From Trypanosoma brucei (Eukaryota): a stretch of DNA of 64,000 bases. Position numbers and translations under genes: made by a program. Each line of letters begins with the position of its first letter. Within the stretch, counting starts at the first letter, position 1. Positions 12,193 to 23,164 of the stretch are shown here, one piece after another. Under the pieces are notes generated by a model. It saw only the letters and a list, made by a program, of their open reading frames with translations, was not told the origin of the DNA and made no database searches. The stretch spans positions 608,001 to 672,000 of the forward strand of contig CH464491.1 of NCBI GenBank assembly GCA_000002445.1. Direction: 5' to 3'.

Positions 12193-12894
12193 ATGATGGC
12201 TGAATCAAGCGCGAAAGAGATGGAAGCGAATCAGGTTTCCGCGGCTGGCGATCAAACCGCTAAGGCTGATGATCGATATGTTATTATTGACAGGGGCGTT
12301 AAGCGACATTTGCTCAATCGCCCGTGGACACTTTGGTATGATTCGGTTTCTACGTATGATTGCAAACAATGGGAGCTTTCTCTTATCGAGGTGATGACGG
12401 TACGCACGGTGGAGGATTTCTTCGCGATGCTTCACTACTGTAAACCTCCCCATGTCCTCCGTGTTTCAGCACAGTACCATTTTTTCCGTGAGGGCGTTAA
12501 GCCAATGTGGGAGGATCCCAACAACAAAGCTGGTGGGAAGTTGTGGGTGAGCCTCGATGATAAAACCATGACGGACAAGAGTGGAGCTGCAGGTGGCGGA
12601 AAGACGAGAAAGGATAATGGTGCCGATGCGGATAAGAAACCAGAACTGGACACCGTTTGGGAAAATGTGCTCATAGCTCTGGTAGGTGAGTATCTTGATT
12701 ATGGTGTGGAGGGAGAACACATTATGGGTGTCGTGTTGACAAAGCGGAAATACTGCAATCGCATTGCGCTGTGGCTAAAAGACGCATCGGACTCCGACGC
12801 CGTTGCTGCCATTGAAAAGCAGTTGGTGAAGGAGGCGGGTTTATTACCCGCAACGAAACCCATCTTCACAGCCCATGGCGCTAGCAAGGCCTAA
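12193..12894 (+). CDS. EIF4E1: eukaryotic translation initiation factor 4E (cap-binding protein)
   Basis: eIF4E signature motifs are present: HLLNRPWTLWYD (the HPLxxxWTLW cap-binding Trp pair), FFREGVKPMWEDPNNKAGGKLW (the FKxGIxPxWED and GGKW motifs), and ENVLIALVGE. At 233 aa it is the size of the small kinetoplastid EIF4E1-type protein. The symbol is inferred from my memory of T. brucei chromosome 11 synteny. Confidence 0.85.
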   Translation: MMAESSAKEMEANQVSAAGDQTAKADDRYVIIDRGVKRHLLNRPWTLWYDSVSTYDCKQWELSLIEVMTVRTVEDFFAMLHYCKPPHVLRVSAQYHFFREGVKPMWEDPNNKAGGKLWVSLDDKTMTDKSGAAGGGKTRKDNGADADKKPELDTVWENVLIALVGEYLDYGVEGEHIMGVVLTKRKYCNRIALWLKDASDSDAVAAIEKQLVKEAGLLPATKPIFTAHGASKA

Positions 12895-12945
12895 AGAGGA
12901 GAGGAGAGGAGGAGGAGGAGGAGGAGGAGAGGGAGGGGGGAAAAA
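12893..12945. repeat. purine (GGA/GAG)n tract immediately after the eIF4E stop codon
   Basis: agaggagaggagaggaggaggaggaggaggaggagagggaggggggaaaaag. Confidence 0.85.
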
Positions 12946-15900
12946 GAAAAGGGGAAGAAATAGATGTGTGAACCACAGGGATGTGGAGGGAAGAAGAGGG
13001 GAATTTACGCGCCTGTGGTTAAGAGAAGGTTGAAAAGAAAGGCAAAACAAGAGAGAAGGGAAATGTGAGAAATGTGTATGCATGTAAGTGTGCGCGATGT
13101 GTGTGGTGGGTGGTTTAGCTGATGCTTTAAAAGTTTCGAAGGTGTGCGCTGAAAACAGAGAAGTGCTGCGAGGGATAGAGGAGAAGATACATGAAGTTGA
13201 GAACAATGTCGAAAACAAAAACAAAATAAAAATGCGGGGGACCAGTTGGAGATTGGTGGGGTGAGGAAAGAAGAGACGTGAGGAGAGGGAAACGCTACAC
13301 AAAAATGGGTCTGAAAGACTTGTGGCTGTGAACAAGAATAAAAGACCTTAGATGATGCACCAGAGCTAAGGAGAAATGTCAGACGACTTACAGCACGCAC
13401 AGAGAACAATCAGAGTCAACATTCCGCATATATTTCTCTTGAATTTGGTTGTTGATTAATGGAGGACAATTCATTACAGGATGGAAAAGAAGATGTGTGT
13501 TTGTGTGTGGGAGAGAAAGGGAGAGGAGAAAAGAAAAGAAAAGAGACTTGTGTTTCCGTAGATTTCAACAACGGGAGAAGGAAGGAAGGAAGGAAGGAGG
13601 TTGCGAAATGTACGAAGAGTGACTCTCTTGATATATGAACGAGGCGGAAGGAACTGAAGCGAAGCGGCGCCATCGCAAAAAAAAAAAGAAAGAAAAGAGG
13701 GTCACTAGCGGCTGATTATGACGTTATTTCATGTGGAATGAAAGGGAAAACCGATAGGTATAAGAAGGTATGGATGTGCGTTTCTTCTTAAAACTTCGGC
13801 TCCCTCCACGGCGTACCACATAATAACGTTACATATTCGTCTAACTATTAATTTTTTTCTCTCTGTTCTCTTCACTTGTGTATTATACTGTGCTGTGTTG
13901 CGTTCCCACCTGAATGACAAGTTCCCCAATCTCCACTTTGTGCCTCACTATTTGTTACTAACAGAAGACAATCGGTGTGCGATGTGTTAAGAAACGCATG
14001 AACTCATCGAAAACTTTCGCTGTTGTAATATGAAAAGAGAGGAGGTAAAGAAAAGAAAAAAAAAGGAGAAATAAGAGATGTTATTGAACGAAGTACAATT
14101 GATAAGTGGGAGCTATGGGATTTTTTTTTTTTTGGGGGGGGCCGCAAACAAATGAAGATAATGGAGCGTACCGGTAATTTATGTGTGGAGAAGTAAAGAA
14201 ATGTCGGCTGAGTCGCGTGGTGCTTTTTCTCTTTTTTTTTGCTCTTTTTTTGTTTGGTTATGTTTCGCCTTTGTTGACTCTCAGTTATTTCATTACATTT
14301 ATTGGCGCTTTACTTCTCACTCTTTCCCTCCCTTAACTTCAGTCATCACAAAAGCCGTCTCCGTTTCATTTTCGCCAACTGGTAGTAAAAGAAGGAAACA
14401 AATGGTGAGGGAAAGGAGAGTGTAGAAACCAAAAATAAAAAAAAAGAGGGGAAGGGGAGAAAACAAAAAATAGTGGTGGGTTCCGCAGCGCTGACTTTTT
14501 GCATTCCTCTGTCACTTCTCTTTCTTTTGTTCTCTTTTCTTTTCTTTTCTTTTCTTTATTATTATTATTATTCTTCTTCTTCTTCATTCTTTCTCTTTCT
14601 CTTTTTCATATTTAACCACCGTTTTGTTACGCGCTTTCTTTGTTACTCCCACATTCCACATCCCTCTTCCCTTCTTTTTTCTTTTCCTTCTTTCGGTGGG
14701 TCTTTTTTCTTTTTTTTTTCCTTCGGTGTTCGCACTTGTGTTTTGCTGAAATATATTTATTTGTTTTTATCTTCTCTCTCTCTCTCTCTTTCCCTCCCTC
14801 CATCCTTTCCCAACCTCGTACCTCATCTAATTTCACACCATATGCACATTTTTGTGATTTTCTTTTTCATTTTCTTTTTATTTTATTTTACGTGTATGTG
14901 CGTATGTGCTAGTGTTGGTGTTTGGTGGTGGTGGTGTGGGAGGTGAAGAAATAGATAAGGGAAGGGAAGGGAAAGCGGATGGTGGTGTATTTTGTGTCTC
15001 TTTGCTTGTGTTTTCCACGAGATGAAAATGTTATTAGGCATTAGGACACAATAAAAAGACGCGTGGGACATATTTGCAAAGACAAGTGCGGCACGTTTTG
15101 TGAAATAAATGTTCACTGGCTGCAGTTCCGCTTATGGCTTCCGTAATGATTGTGGTTGGTATTACTTTTCTTTCTGGTTCGTAAAGCTGTTTTGTTTTTA
15201 TTATTATTCCCCCCCCTTTTCCTTTTCCTTTTCCCTTCTTCTCCTCCTCCTCCTCCTTCCTCTTCCCTCCTTCTTTGCGCTGTGCAGTTCTGGCTTTGTG
15301 TGTGGTTGTGTGTCTGTGGTGCATAAGCCTTGCATAACTGAATGAAATGAATGCAGGGCAAGAAATACCAAAAAAAAAAATAAAGAGAGAAGGAAGAAAG
15401 CAAGAAGAGCAGTTAGAGCAGTTGCTACCGTACACTTCATGTACCATAAGCAGCCTGTTAGCTTGACACCGAAAGTGGGCAGGAGTCATGAGACGGTCGA
15501 GGAAATTGGTTAACTTTTTCTCTTTTCTTTTCTTTTTAAATGAGTTGTTGTCGTGGTTGTTTATTGTGGCTTTTTCTTTTACTTTTTTTCTCGACTGGGT
15601 ATGTCCGAAGCAGGAAGATGGGAAGTATTGCCATCTTTTTCTTCCTTTTCTCTTGGCCTCTTTATTTATTATTGATTCGGCTTCATCGTCACCCTTTCAC
15701 GCGGTGTGAGTATGACGAAGGTGTGCGTGTCGCTGCAACCGGCGGAGTGGAAAATTATTTATTTATGCTTTTCTTTGCTTTCATTTACGATTCTCTTATT
15801 ACTACATGTACTGTAAAAAACTGTTCGTTTTCTTTCTTTTGCATTTCTCTTTTCTTCCATTGTCTTTCTTTTTTTTTTCGCTTGTTTTAAATTTTTATTG

Positions 15901-16295
15901 CTATATTATGCTCTCCCTGTTCCCTCCCTCCCCCAATAAGTAACCAAATTTATACACGCCAACTATCTGAGGCGGAGCAAAAATATTTGAGAAGAAACAA
16001 CAATTAAACATATTTCTTTTTTTTTTAAAAAAAAGAGAGGAAGAAAGCAAAGCCTGTAGGCAAGAGAGGAGGAAATCATTAGGAAGGAGAAACCAACAGG
16101 CCCCGTAAAAGATTTCCTCCTTTTTTTTTAAATTTCCAAAAAAGTGGCTTCTGTAAAAAGAAGCGTTTGTGTGCAGGTACGAAAGGTGTGTGGACAAAAA
16201 CTTGCGAGAGTAAACTCTGAGAGGGAGAGAAGGGGATTGTGTGTTTGGGACCAAAAGCAAGAGGTAATAGAGGAAAGGGGAAGGGATTAAAAAAT

Positions 16296-18725
16296 ATGTC
16301 TACGGAAGCAGAGGATGATCAACTACTGGCGGAGGCAGTAGCCACGAATAAAACCAGTGATACGGAATTGGCAAGTCCGTTAGGTGTGGCTTCTAGCGGC
16401 GATGGGATCAACACATTGTTTCGATTCTCTCATGCAACATCGGAGAAGGTCGCCACCGGATGCGCTACGGATTGGATGTCTGATAGATTATTAGCAGTTG
16501 CCCAAGGGCTCAAGACAATTGTACCGAAAGGAACATGGGAGAGCTTAGGCAGCGAAGAGGAGGTTATTGAAGAGAATGGCTATAATGTGAAGAAACGGCC
16601 TCAGGTTCGTGTAGCATTTGAAGTGCGACGAGACATTCTTCTGCATCAACGCCTCGGAAATGCTAATTACTTGACAAAGGAGGCAAGTGAAGACAGTCGC
16701 GACCAACGTGGAACTGTAAATGCGCTGTATGAAATTATGAGGGATGAAGTGGATGCAAGTGTTCAGGCAGTGGCACCGGTGATGGACCGACCTTCGCAAA
16801 CACCCTTTTCCCGCAAGGTTGATGCTACTGTTCAGGCGGAACCGACGCTGGTGGATATGTGCATCCGTGGTACACCATTGCCGCCAGTAGACATGTCAGC
16901 TATGAGGGGATTCTTTTCAAAGGTTCTCCCACGCACGTTACACTGCCTTCTGCAAAACTACGAGATTCCCATCTACCAGGATGATTTTGCTATGTTTTCC
17001 GAGGATTACGCTATTGTCGGTTCTCGTGACGATATTGTGCTTATTGAGAGGGGTAACTACACTCACACCACCATGAAGGACTTGCGCGTGTCTTCCATAA
17101 GCTGGCGCAGCTCTAGAAGTAAAGATGATGTTGTGTGCATAGCGTCAGTTGCACGGCACAACCTTGAGCAACGCATCGAGGCTGAAAAATTATGCGAAAC
17201 TGTCACCAACCTTGTGTGGGACTTCGCAGACCCCATGCATCCCTATGCACTACTCGAAGCTCCTGTTGAAATACAGGTCGTGCGCTTTAACCCATTGAGA
17301 ACAAATCTAATTGCGGGTGGAGCAATGAATGGGCAACTATTCCTATGGGATCTTGACAAAATTTCGGGTTCAGCTGCGGGTACAAGGTCTCCAAAGGACC
17401 GGACACTCGACCCAACTGCAGCAGCCCGCGCGGAGCACGGTCCCAAAGATATTCCTCCAATGCCGATGAACGTAAAAGGTGTAACCATGAGGCGTGATGG
17501 AGATGTTCTGGTACCTCATTTGCAACCATGCCAGGCTTCACGCATGGAGCTATCACACCGTCGGGCTGTGCACGACATCCAATGGCTTCCTAACGGTTTA
17601 GAATGTGCCTTTGGTGGAAAGCAAACGGTGACTCAAGAGGGGCGACAGTTTGTGTCCTTGAGTGATGACGGCTATATGTGTGTGTGGGATATCCGTCCCG
17701 AATACCTTCCTGCTGATAAACTCCGAAAGATGAAGCACCAAGGTCGTATTGGCGGTGAGGATTTTCCATGGGTGCCACTCCTCCGTTTCCAAATGTCGAA
17801 ACCGGGTGGTGGTGGGGATGTTGCGGGTTTCCGCTTCCATGTCGACGGTTTGCAGGCTTCGGAAACACCTTCCTATCGTGCATGCTGTGGAAGTTTGCAC
17901 GGTGAGATTGCTGTCTGCAGTATGTTAGTGCCTGACGAACGACGTGATTTTTCTGCCGGTTCAGAGGATGTTCGTGTCGTGCAGCAGCTGCTCCGTGGGC
18001 ATGCTGGCCCCGTGTACAGTATACAGCGCCATCCTACGATCAGTGACGTCTACCTGACATGTGGGGATGTGCAGTTCAAAATATGGCGTGTGGGAACTGA
18101 ATTCCCCATTCTAACATCGCCGCAACATGACACAGCCATAACGTGTGCGCGCTGGTCGCCCACACGTGTGAGTGTTCTCGTCGTTGGTACTGCCGACGGT
18201 AAGATATTGGTGTGGGATTTGCTCGATAGAAACAGTGAACCTCTGCTTGTTCACCAGCTGGTGCAGGATGCCATCACTGTTATTAATTTTAAACCGGCCC
18301 CGGCGTCAGTTCCGGCCACTTATGTTCAATACGTTGCCATCGGCACGAGTGTAGGTTCCTTCCATTGGTACGCCCTGCCAAAGGTGTTGTCACGCGGTCC
18401 GAGCGGGGAGCAACGGCATTTCCGGGCGGTGCTCGAACGTGAGGTGCGGCGCGTGCTTTTCTTCCAGTGGCGTTGGTCCGAGAGGAACCGTGAGCGAGAC
18501 CGTTACGGCCACGCGGCGCCGAAGATGAGAGACCGGGACCACGAAACCCCAGCTGCCATCACCGCCGACAGCAACTGGGGAAATGAAGACAACTATTACG
18601 CCTACGATCATCACAGGGACGCAGAATTCCTGGCAAAGGTTGAAGCCTTCAGGCCGGAGGAAGATACCATGTCCCTGAGCGAACTTGACGGCGACGGTGC
18701 GGATACACGGGCCTCACCAATTTGA
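16296..18725 (+). CDS. WD40-repeat protein, dynein intermediate chain-like (possibly axonemal)
   Basis: The track ORF begins at GTG (16239); the first ATG is at 16296 (MSTEAEDDQ). WD-repeat cores are visible (LSDDGYMCVWDIRPE, ADGKILVWDLLDR, DVQFKIWRV, GHAGPVYSIQRHP). The motif NPLRTNLIAGGAMNGQLFLWDLDK resembles the GGxxNGQIxxWD signature I associate with dynein intermediate chains. Confidence 0.6.
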   Translation: MSTEAEDDQLLAEAVATNKTSDTELASPLGVASSGDGINTLFRFSHATSEKVATGCATDWMSDRLLAVAQGLKTIVPKGTWESLGSEEEVIEENGYNVKKRPQVRVAFEVRRDILLHQRLGNANYLTKEASEDSRDQRGTVNALYEIMRDEVDASVQAVAPVMDRPSQTPFSRKVDATVQAEPTLVDMCIRGTPLPPVDMSAMRGFFSKVLPRTLHCLLQNYEIPIYQDDFAMFSEDYAIVGSRDDIVLIERGNYTHTTMKDLRVSSISWRSSRSKDDVVCIASVARHNLEQRIEAEKLCETVTNLVWDFADPMHPYALLEAPVEIQVVRFNPLRTNLIAGGAMNGQLFLWDLDKISGSAAGTRSPKDRTLDPTAAARAEHGPKDIPPMPMNVKGVTMRRDGDVLVPHLQPCQASRMELSHRRAVHDIQWLPNGLECAFGGKQTVTQEGRQFVSLSDDGYMCVWDIRPEYLPADKLRKMKHQGRIGGEDFPWVPLLRFQMSKPGGGGDVAGFRFHVDGLQASETPSYRACCGSLHGEIAVCSMLVPDERRDFSAGSEDVRVVQQLLRGHAGPVYSIQRHPTISDVYLTCGDVQFKIWRVGTEFPILTSPQHDTAITCARWSPTRVSVLVVGTADGKILVWDLLDRNSEPLLVHQLVQDAITVINFKPAPASVPATYVQYVAIGTSVGSFHWYALPKVLSRGPSGEQRHFRAVLEREVRRVLFFQWRWSERNRERDRYGHAAPKMRDRDHETPAAITADSNWGNEDNYYAYDHHRDAEFLAKVEAFRPEEDTMSLSELDGDGADTRASPI

Positions 18726-19020
18726 GGATGCAGCAGGAGGAGCGGGAAGACACAAGGTAACATCAACAAGCAAATCTGTCCCTACTGCACCCTTTTGTTT
18801 AAGGGAAAGAGGGGAATGTGGGAGATCTCGAGTGGCCCATGATGTTGCAGGACAGTGCGGTAAGACTGGAGTAGGGTGATGAGCACGTGTCTTTCTCCCG
18901 TGTGTGTGTGTGTGGAACCTGTGGTGCTTGGTGTGTAGGGAGCAGCGGCTCCAATACCTGCTTCAGACTAATAATGCGAGAGTGTTGGAAACCTCAACTA
19001 TAGCGCATCATGCTAGCTTA

Positions 19021-19070
19021 CATATATATATATATATATAATATATATATATATACGTATATATATGTAT
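19021..19070. repeat. (TA)n microsatellite, ~50 bp
   Basis: catatatatatatatatataatatatatatatatacgtatatatatgtatg, in the spacer between the WD40 and BRO1 genes. Confidence 0.9.
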
Positions 19071-19498
19071 GCATCTGTGTGTAGAATGCTACTTTAAGGG
19101 GGCTACGTTCTCTCGGTTGAGTGTACAGTCTTATACATACAAATGCGTCGAAGCGGGATAATGGGCATACACATAGAGTGTTGTTTTCCCCCCTCCCCCT
19201 TACTATTTCTTTTTTTTACTATTATTTCCCTACTCTCCTTTTGAAGCAGATGGATGTGCGCCATGTGAATGCGGGGATGTACTATGTAATGTAGTTGAGC
19301 CTGGAAGGTCGGCTGCTTCGACATTGATTCGATTGTACATCTCTTTCACCTCGCATATTATTCAGCAACCAACTTGTCGGCCTTGTATCGAAAGCCAATA
19401 CATGTACGTATCACAACTATTAGTACTATTTTTTCCACCTTGTTTGACCTATTGAGCGGTTGCCACAGGTGTATCGTCTAGGAGTTTGTGGGGTTCTG

Positions 19499-19590
19499 AT
19501 TTTCTGTTGTTGTTGTTGTTATTGCTATATTTTTTTTTTTTCTTCTCTACCGTTTAAATTGTTTATTTTCGCTCTCTACTCTTTCACTCG
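19499..19590 (+). promoter_or_regulatory. polypyrimidine tract upstream of the BRO1-domain gene
   Basis: ttttctgttgttgttgttgttattgctatatttttttttttttcttctctaccgtttaaattgtttattttcgctctctactctttcactcg. Confidence 0.35.
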
Positions 19591-19732
19591 TGCACGTTTC
19601 AGCGGGCACGGGAAAGGAGGCGGAAGAAAGAAAGTGATTTGTAAGGGTGAAAAGAGGAAAGTGTGTGAAGAGGAGTGAGCCAAATAGTAAAAGCAATCCA
19701 GACGTGAGGAGGTTTTGATTTGTTTGAAGAAA

Positions 19733-22321
19733 ATGACTACATTTGAGCACCTACCTGATTTACTACCCCTTTTACCGTTCCGTCGGGGGAAGAAAGACTC
19801 AGTTGATTGGACATTGTGCATCCGATACATTTCCAGCAACTTTACCAGCAATTACACCTCCAATGTGGAATCCGCACTTCGTCAAATGAATTCGTTTCAC
19901 CACACTATCGTGCAAACTTGTCATGAGGATGCCACGCAAGCACCTACCGAGAGCTTCATTGAGGAGAAACTCACTCCGTATTGCAAGCTGGTGGCGATGG
20001 TTCAGTCCCATTTGCCTTTACATGGGGGTCTGGTTCACGGTGATTTACGCTTCATTTGGTACGACAGTTTTGATGGAACCAAATATGAATCAAAAAACGC
20101 GAACCTGGAGTTGCTTTCTTGCGTCTATAATCTCGCTGCCTCGTGGGCTTATATAGGGGCCCAGCAGACTCGAGACGGGCTTGTGGATAAACTGAAGGTG
20201 GCATCTAAGGCATTCCAGAATGCCACCGGGTACTATGAAATGGCTGAAGGGCTTTTGAGTAGACTCCCACCGGAACTTGCAACTGGCGACCTCACACATG
20301 AGTCACTATCTTTGCTGAAAAGAATTTGTGCTGCCATGACGCATCACTGTGCTTACCTGAAGGCAGAGATTGATATGAAGGACAACCATTCCGTGCTCTC
20401 AAAGATTGCGCGCGAGGGGGGAAAAGTGTATCAGATAGTTGCTACATCCCTGAAGGAAAGCGCGTGGTACACAAATAGTAGAAGGGGGAGTAAGGCGGTG
20501 CTGCTTGAGCAGGAATTACGGACTTTGTGTTGCGTGTTCAATGCGCGGGCCCACCTACACGTCGCTGAAGTACACTCCAATGCAAATGATCAAGGAATCG
20601 CCGTCGCTCACTTTAATGAGGCCCAGAAACATCTGCAGCAAATAGAGAAGTTACACAGTGTCGAGTTGCGGTCATGGATTAGTAGCATCATTAGCAATGT
20701 GAATAAAGGGAACGAGAGGGCGCTGTCAATGAACAACACAGTTTATTTCTGCCGGGTGCCGAATGAAGTGGAGCCACCGGCGGGCCTTCCACGGCCGTTG
20801 GGCAAAGCAACGGAGCACCAAAGTTTTTTTGCATTTGAATCTACGCGCGAAAATGATCCATTATTTGGTATTGTTCCCGCGCACATTGCTTCCACCGCCG
20901 CTGGGTGGCGTGACCGGCAGAGGAGTCTTGTCTCTGCTTGTTCCACTTCCTCCAGATCAACACGAAAGAGGGCGGCAGAGCTTTTACAGCGACTCGGCGT
21001 GACCGCCGTTATTGAAGTGCTTTCCGGGGAAACCAAAGACCGCGGCCGAGTGCCGGCACAACTGCGCAGTAAAATCGAGTCCCTTCGGCGAAATAAGGCG
21101 GGCGAGGCTGTCAACATCGTACAGACGCTGGTAAACATGGTAAAAATTTGTGACAAAATTTATGTCTCGGTACAGGAAGTGGTGAAAAAAGTAAAAAACG
21201 AACTCGAAGAGGAGCGTCGGCGGGATGCACAATATATGGAGACATACGGCAATAGTATGTGGCGTGGTATGTGCTGCTCCGCATCTGAGGTGCAGCAGTA
21301 CCACTCCATCCAAGTGGCCATTGGGAAGTATGAAGAGGATCTGCAACGCGAGTTGGTAGAGCCATTTGGTCAAGCAAAAATTGTCTTGGATGAAAACTTG
21401 AAGTGTCTAGGAAGGTTGGACTGGCCTATGGAAGATTTGGATGCCCTTATGCCTTTTACGAAGACTGAGGACGTCCGTCAACAGAGTGAAAAAGTGCTGC
21501 AGCAAATCGAGAGACTAAAGAAGTTGACGGCTTGCATACATGAACTTGAGGCGAGCCAGAACAACCGACTTCAGGAGTTGGAACATGCTCTTGAAACGGA
21601 TGACGTGGCACGTGCTCTCTCCGCTGTGGAGGAAAGCCAGTACCAAGTCGTGATGGCGAAGGAGTCGAAGAAAATAAGTGATATGATTGATGGAGTGAGC
21701 AGTAGTGTGCGGAAGGAAGAAGAGGTACTTAGGGAAATTGAGGAGGTGGTGGAAAGTTTAGCCGTCCTTCGGAGCTCGGACCCTATTCTCGAGGAAGCGG
21801 AAAAGGTGTGCAATACACTTGAGTGCGGTTGCTCTGCCTACGCTGAACTTCACCGTGACTTCAGTAATATTGTGAAAAAGGGCTCCGCTATATTGAAGGG
21901 GCTGGAGGTCGTACTCAGCAGCGCGAAGTCGTTCGTGGCGACACGCAAGTCCGAGGCGGAACAAATCCGAGTTTCACTCGACGAACAAATAGCACACAAG
22001 ATTGCAGAGCTAGAGCACAAAAAGGAAAGCGAAAGGGCTGTTGAGGAGTCACAACGGCGACAGGAGGAACTTCAACTTCAAGTTCAGCTCCTTGAGCGTC
22101 AGCTTGATCCGCAGAGGTCGGAACGTATGGCGGAGGTACTGCGACGACAGCGTGAGGCGGCAGCCGCGTTCTCAAGCACTTCCGCGTCACTTCCCCCATC
22201 AAACATGTCAGGTGTTGATGCCCCACCAGCGTATGATTTCGTTGTGAATAACGTCCACCCTAACGTGCCCACACACACCCATCCGCCGCAGTACTATGCA
22301 CCTCATAATCCCTTATCTTAG
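19733..22321 (+). CDS. BRO1-domain protein (ALIX/PDCD6IP-like, ESCRT-associated)
   Basis: The track ORF starts at TTG (19715); the first ATG is at 19733 (MTTFEHLPDLLPL...). The N-terminal ~380 aa resemble a BRO1 domain (hydrophobic start, LKKxxxVD-type opening, YYEMAEGLL). There is a long central coiled-coil (V-domain-like). The C-terminus is proline-rich with PPAYD and PPQYYAP (PPxY-like) motifs, as in ALIX-family proteins. Confidence 0.7.
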   Translation: MTTFEHLPDLLPLLPFRRGKKDSVDWTLCIRYISSNFTSNYTSNVESALRQMNSFHHTIVQTCHEDATQAPTESFIEEKLTPYCKLVAMVQSHLPLHGGLVHGDLRFIWYDSFDGTKYESKNANLELLSCVYNLAASWAYIGAQQTRDGLVDKLKVASKAFQNATGYYEMAEGLLSRLPPELATGDLTHESLSLLKRICAAMTHHCAYLKAEIDMKDNHSVLSKIAREGGKVYQIVATSLKESAWYTNSRRGSKAVLLEQELRTLCCVFNARAHLHVAEVHSNANDQGIAVAHFNEAQKHLQQIEKLHSVELRSWISSIISNVNKGNERALSMNNTVYFCRVPNEVEPPAGLPRPLGKATEHQSFFAFESTRENDPLFGIVPAHIASTAAGWRDRQRSLVSACSTSSRSTRKRAAELLQRLGVTAVIEVLSGETKDRGRVPAQLRSKIESLRRNKAGEAVNIVQTLVNMVKICDKIYVSVQEVVKKVKNELEEERRRDAQYMETYGNSMWRGMCCSASEVQQYHSIQVAIGKYEEDLQRELVEPFGQAKIVLDENLKCLGRLDWPMEDLDALMPFTKTEDVRQQSEKVLQQIERLKKLTACIHELEASQNNRLQELEHALETDDVARALSAVEESQYQVVMAKESKKISDMIDGVSSSVRKEEEVLREIEEVVESLAVLRSSDPILEEAEKVCNTLECGCSAYAELHRDFSNIVKKGSAILKGLEVVLSSAKSFVATRKSEAEQIRVSLDEQIAHKIAELEHKKESERAVEESQRRQEELQLQVQLLERQLDPQRSERMAEVLRRQREAAAAFSSTSASLPPSNMSGVDAPPAYDFVVNNVHPNVPTHTHPPQYYAPHNPLS

Positions 22322-23164
22322 CGTGTTGCGTTTTTTTTCTGGTCGAAATAAAGCTACCATCAGAAGGTGAATTTGTTCCTTCCCTTCCACGCACATACCG
22401 ACGGACCGCGGAGGCGGGGAAACATGGCAATGCATTCCCTTCTCAGAAGTTGGTGGTTCTTTATCGGTTTTCCCGGTTTTTGCTTTTGTTTTCCAATTCG
22501 CTGTTAAAAATGAAAATCAGAGTCGAAAGGTGACGAAAAGAAATGTCTGAGGGATGAAACAACTGTTAGCGACGGTAAGCTGATGCTATATTGTGACGAC
22601 TGTGGCTCCGTCACTATTGCGTAGTGTATTTTTTTTATTCCGTTGCTTGCATGTACATGTAATACGGACAGCTTCACAACTCCGAGAGTGATTTGGGGTA
22701 CTCGGAGCCGCAAGTGCACGAGTTAAGTTGATGCCTGTGTGCGTGCAAATGAGTGGGTGCTTGAGGATACTTTATGGTGTGGTTATTTTCCTATTTCCCC
22801 CCCCTTGCTATTTGTGGCCTGCAGTGCCGTCGTACGTCGTATGCGTTCGTAAGCTTCAATTCCTTTGACTTTGTTGGTGGAATTACCCCGCGATAGTCGG
22901 CATCGCTCATGTGAGGTAGAGGGAGGTGGGATTATTATCTTCTGGGGTTCTGAAACCTTCAGCAAGTTTTGCTTGTTCACCCTCTCCCTTCTGCTTGCCA
23001 TTTTCAATTTTTTCCTTTTTTTAGTGCGGTAAGGGCGACCGTTGATGAGTAGGGTTGTTTTTAAAGCAAGGTTTTGAGGATCGATAGGAGAGCAGACTGA
23101 CAAAACAAAAAGGCCGTAGAATTTTCTTTTATTTTTTGCGTAATCGTTCTGAGGCTTGACGATC

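Noticed and set aside
16239-16295. Upstream extensions of several track ORFs shown as starting with M (16239, 19715, 23156, 31295, 47273, 48573, 7573, 2408, 59070)
   Set aside because: Inspection of the nucleotides shows these begin with TTG or GTG, not ATG. Eukaryotic nuclear genes here should start at ATG, so the starts were moved to the first in-frame ATG.
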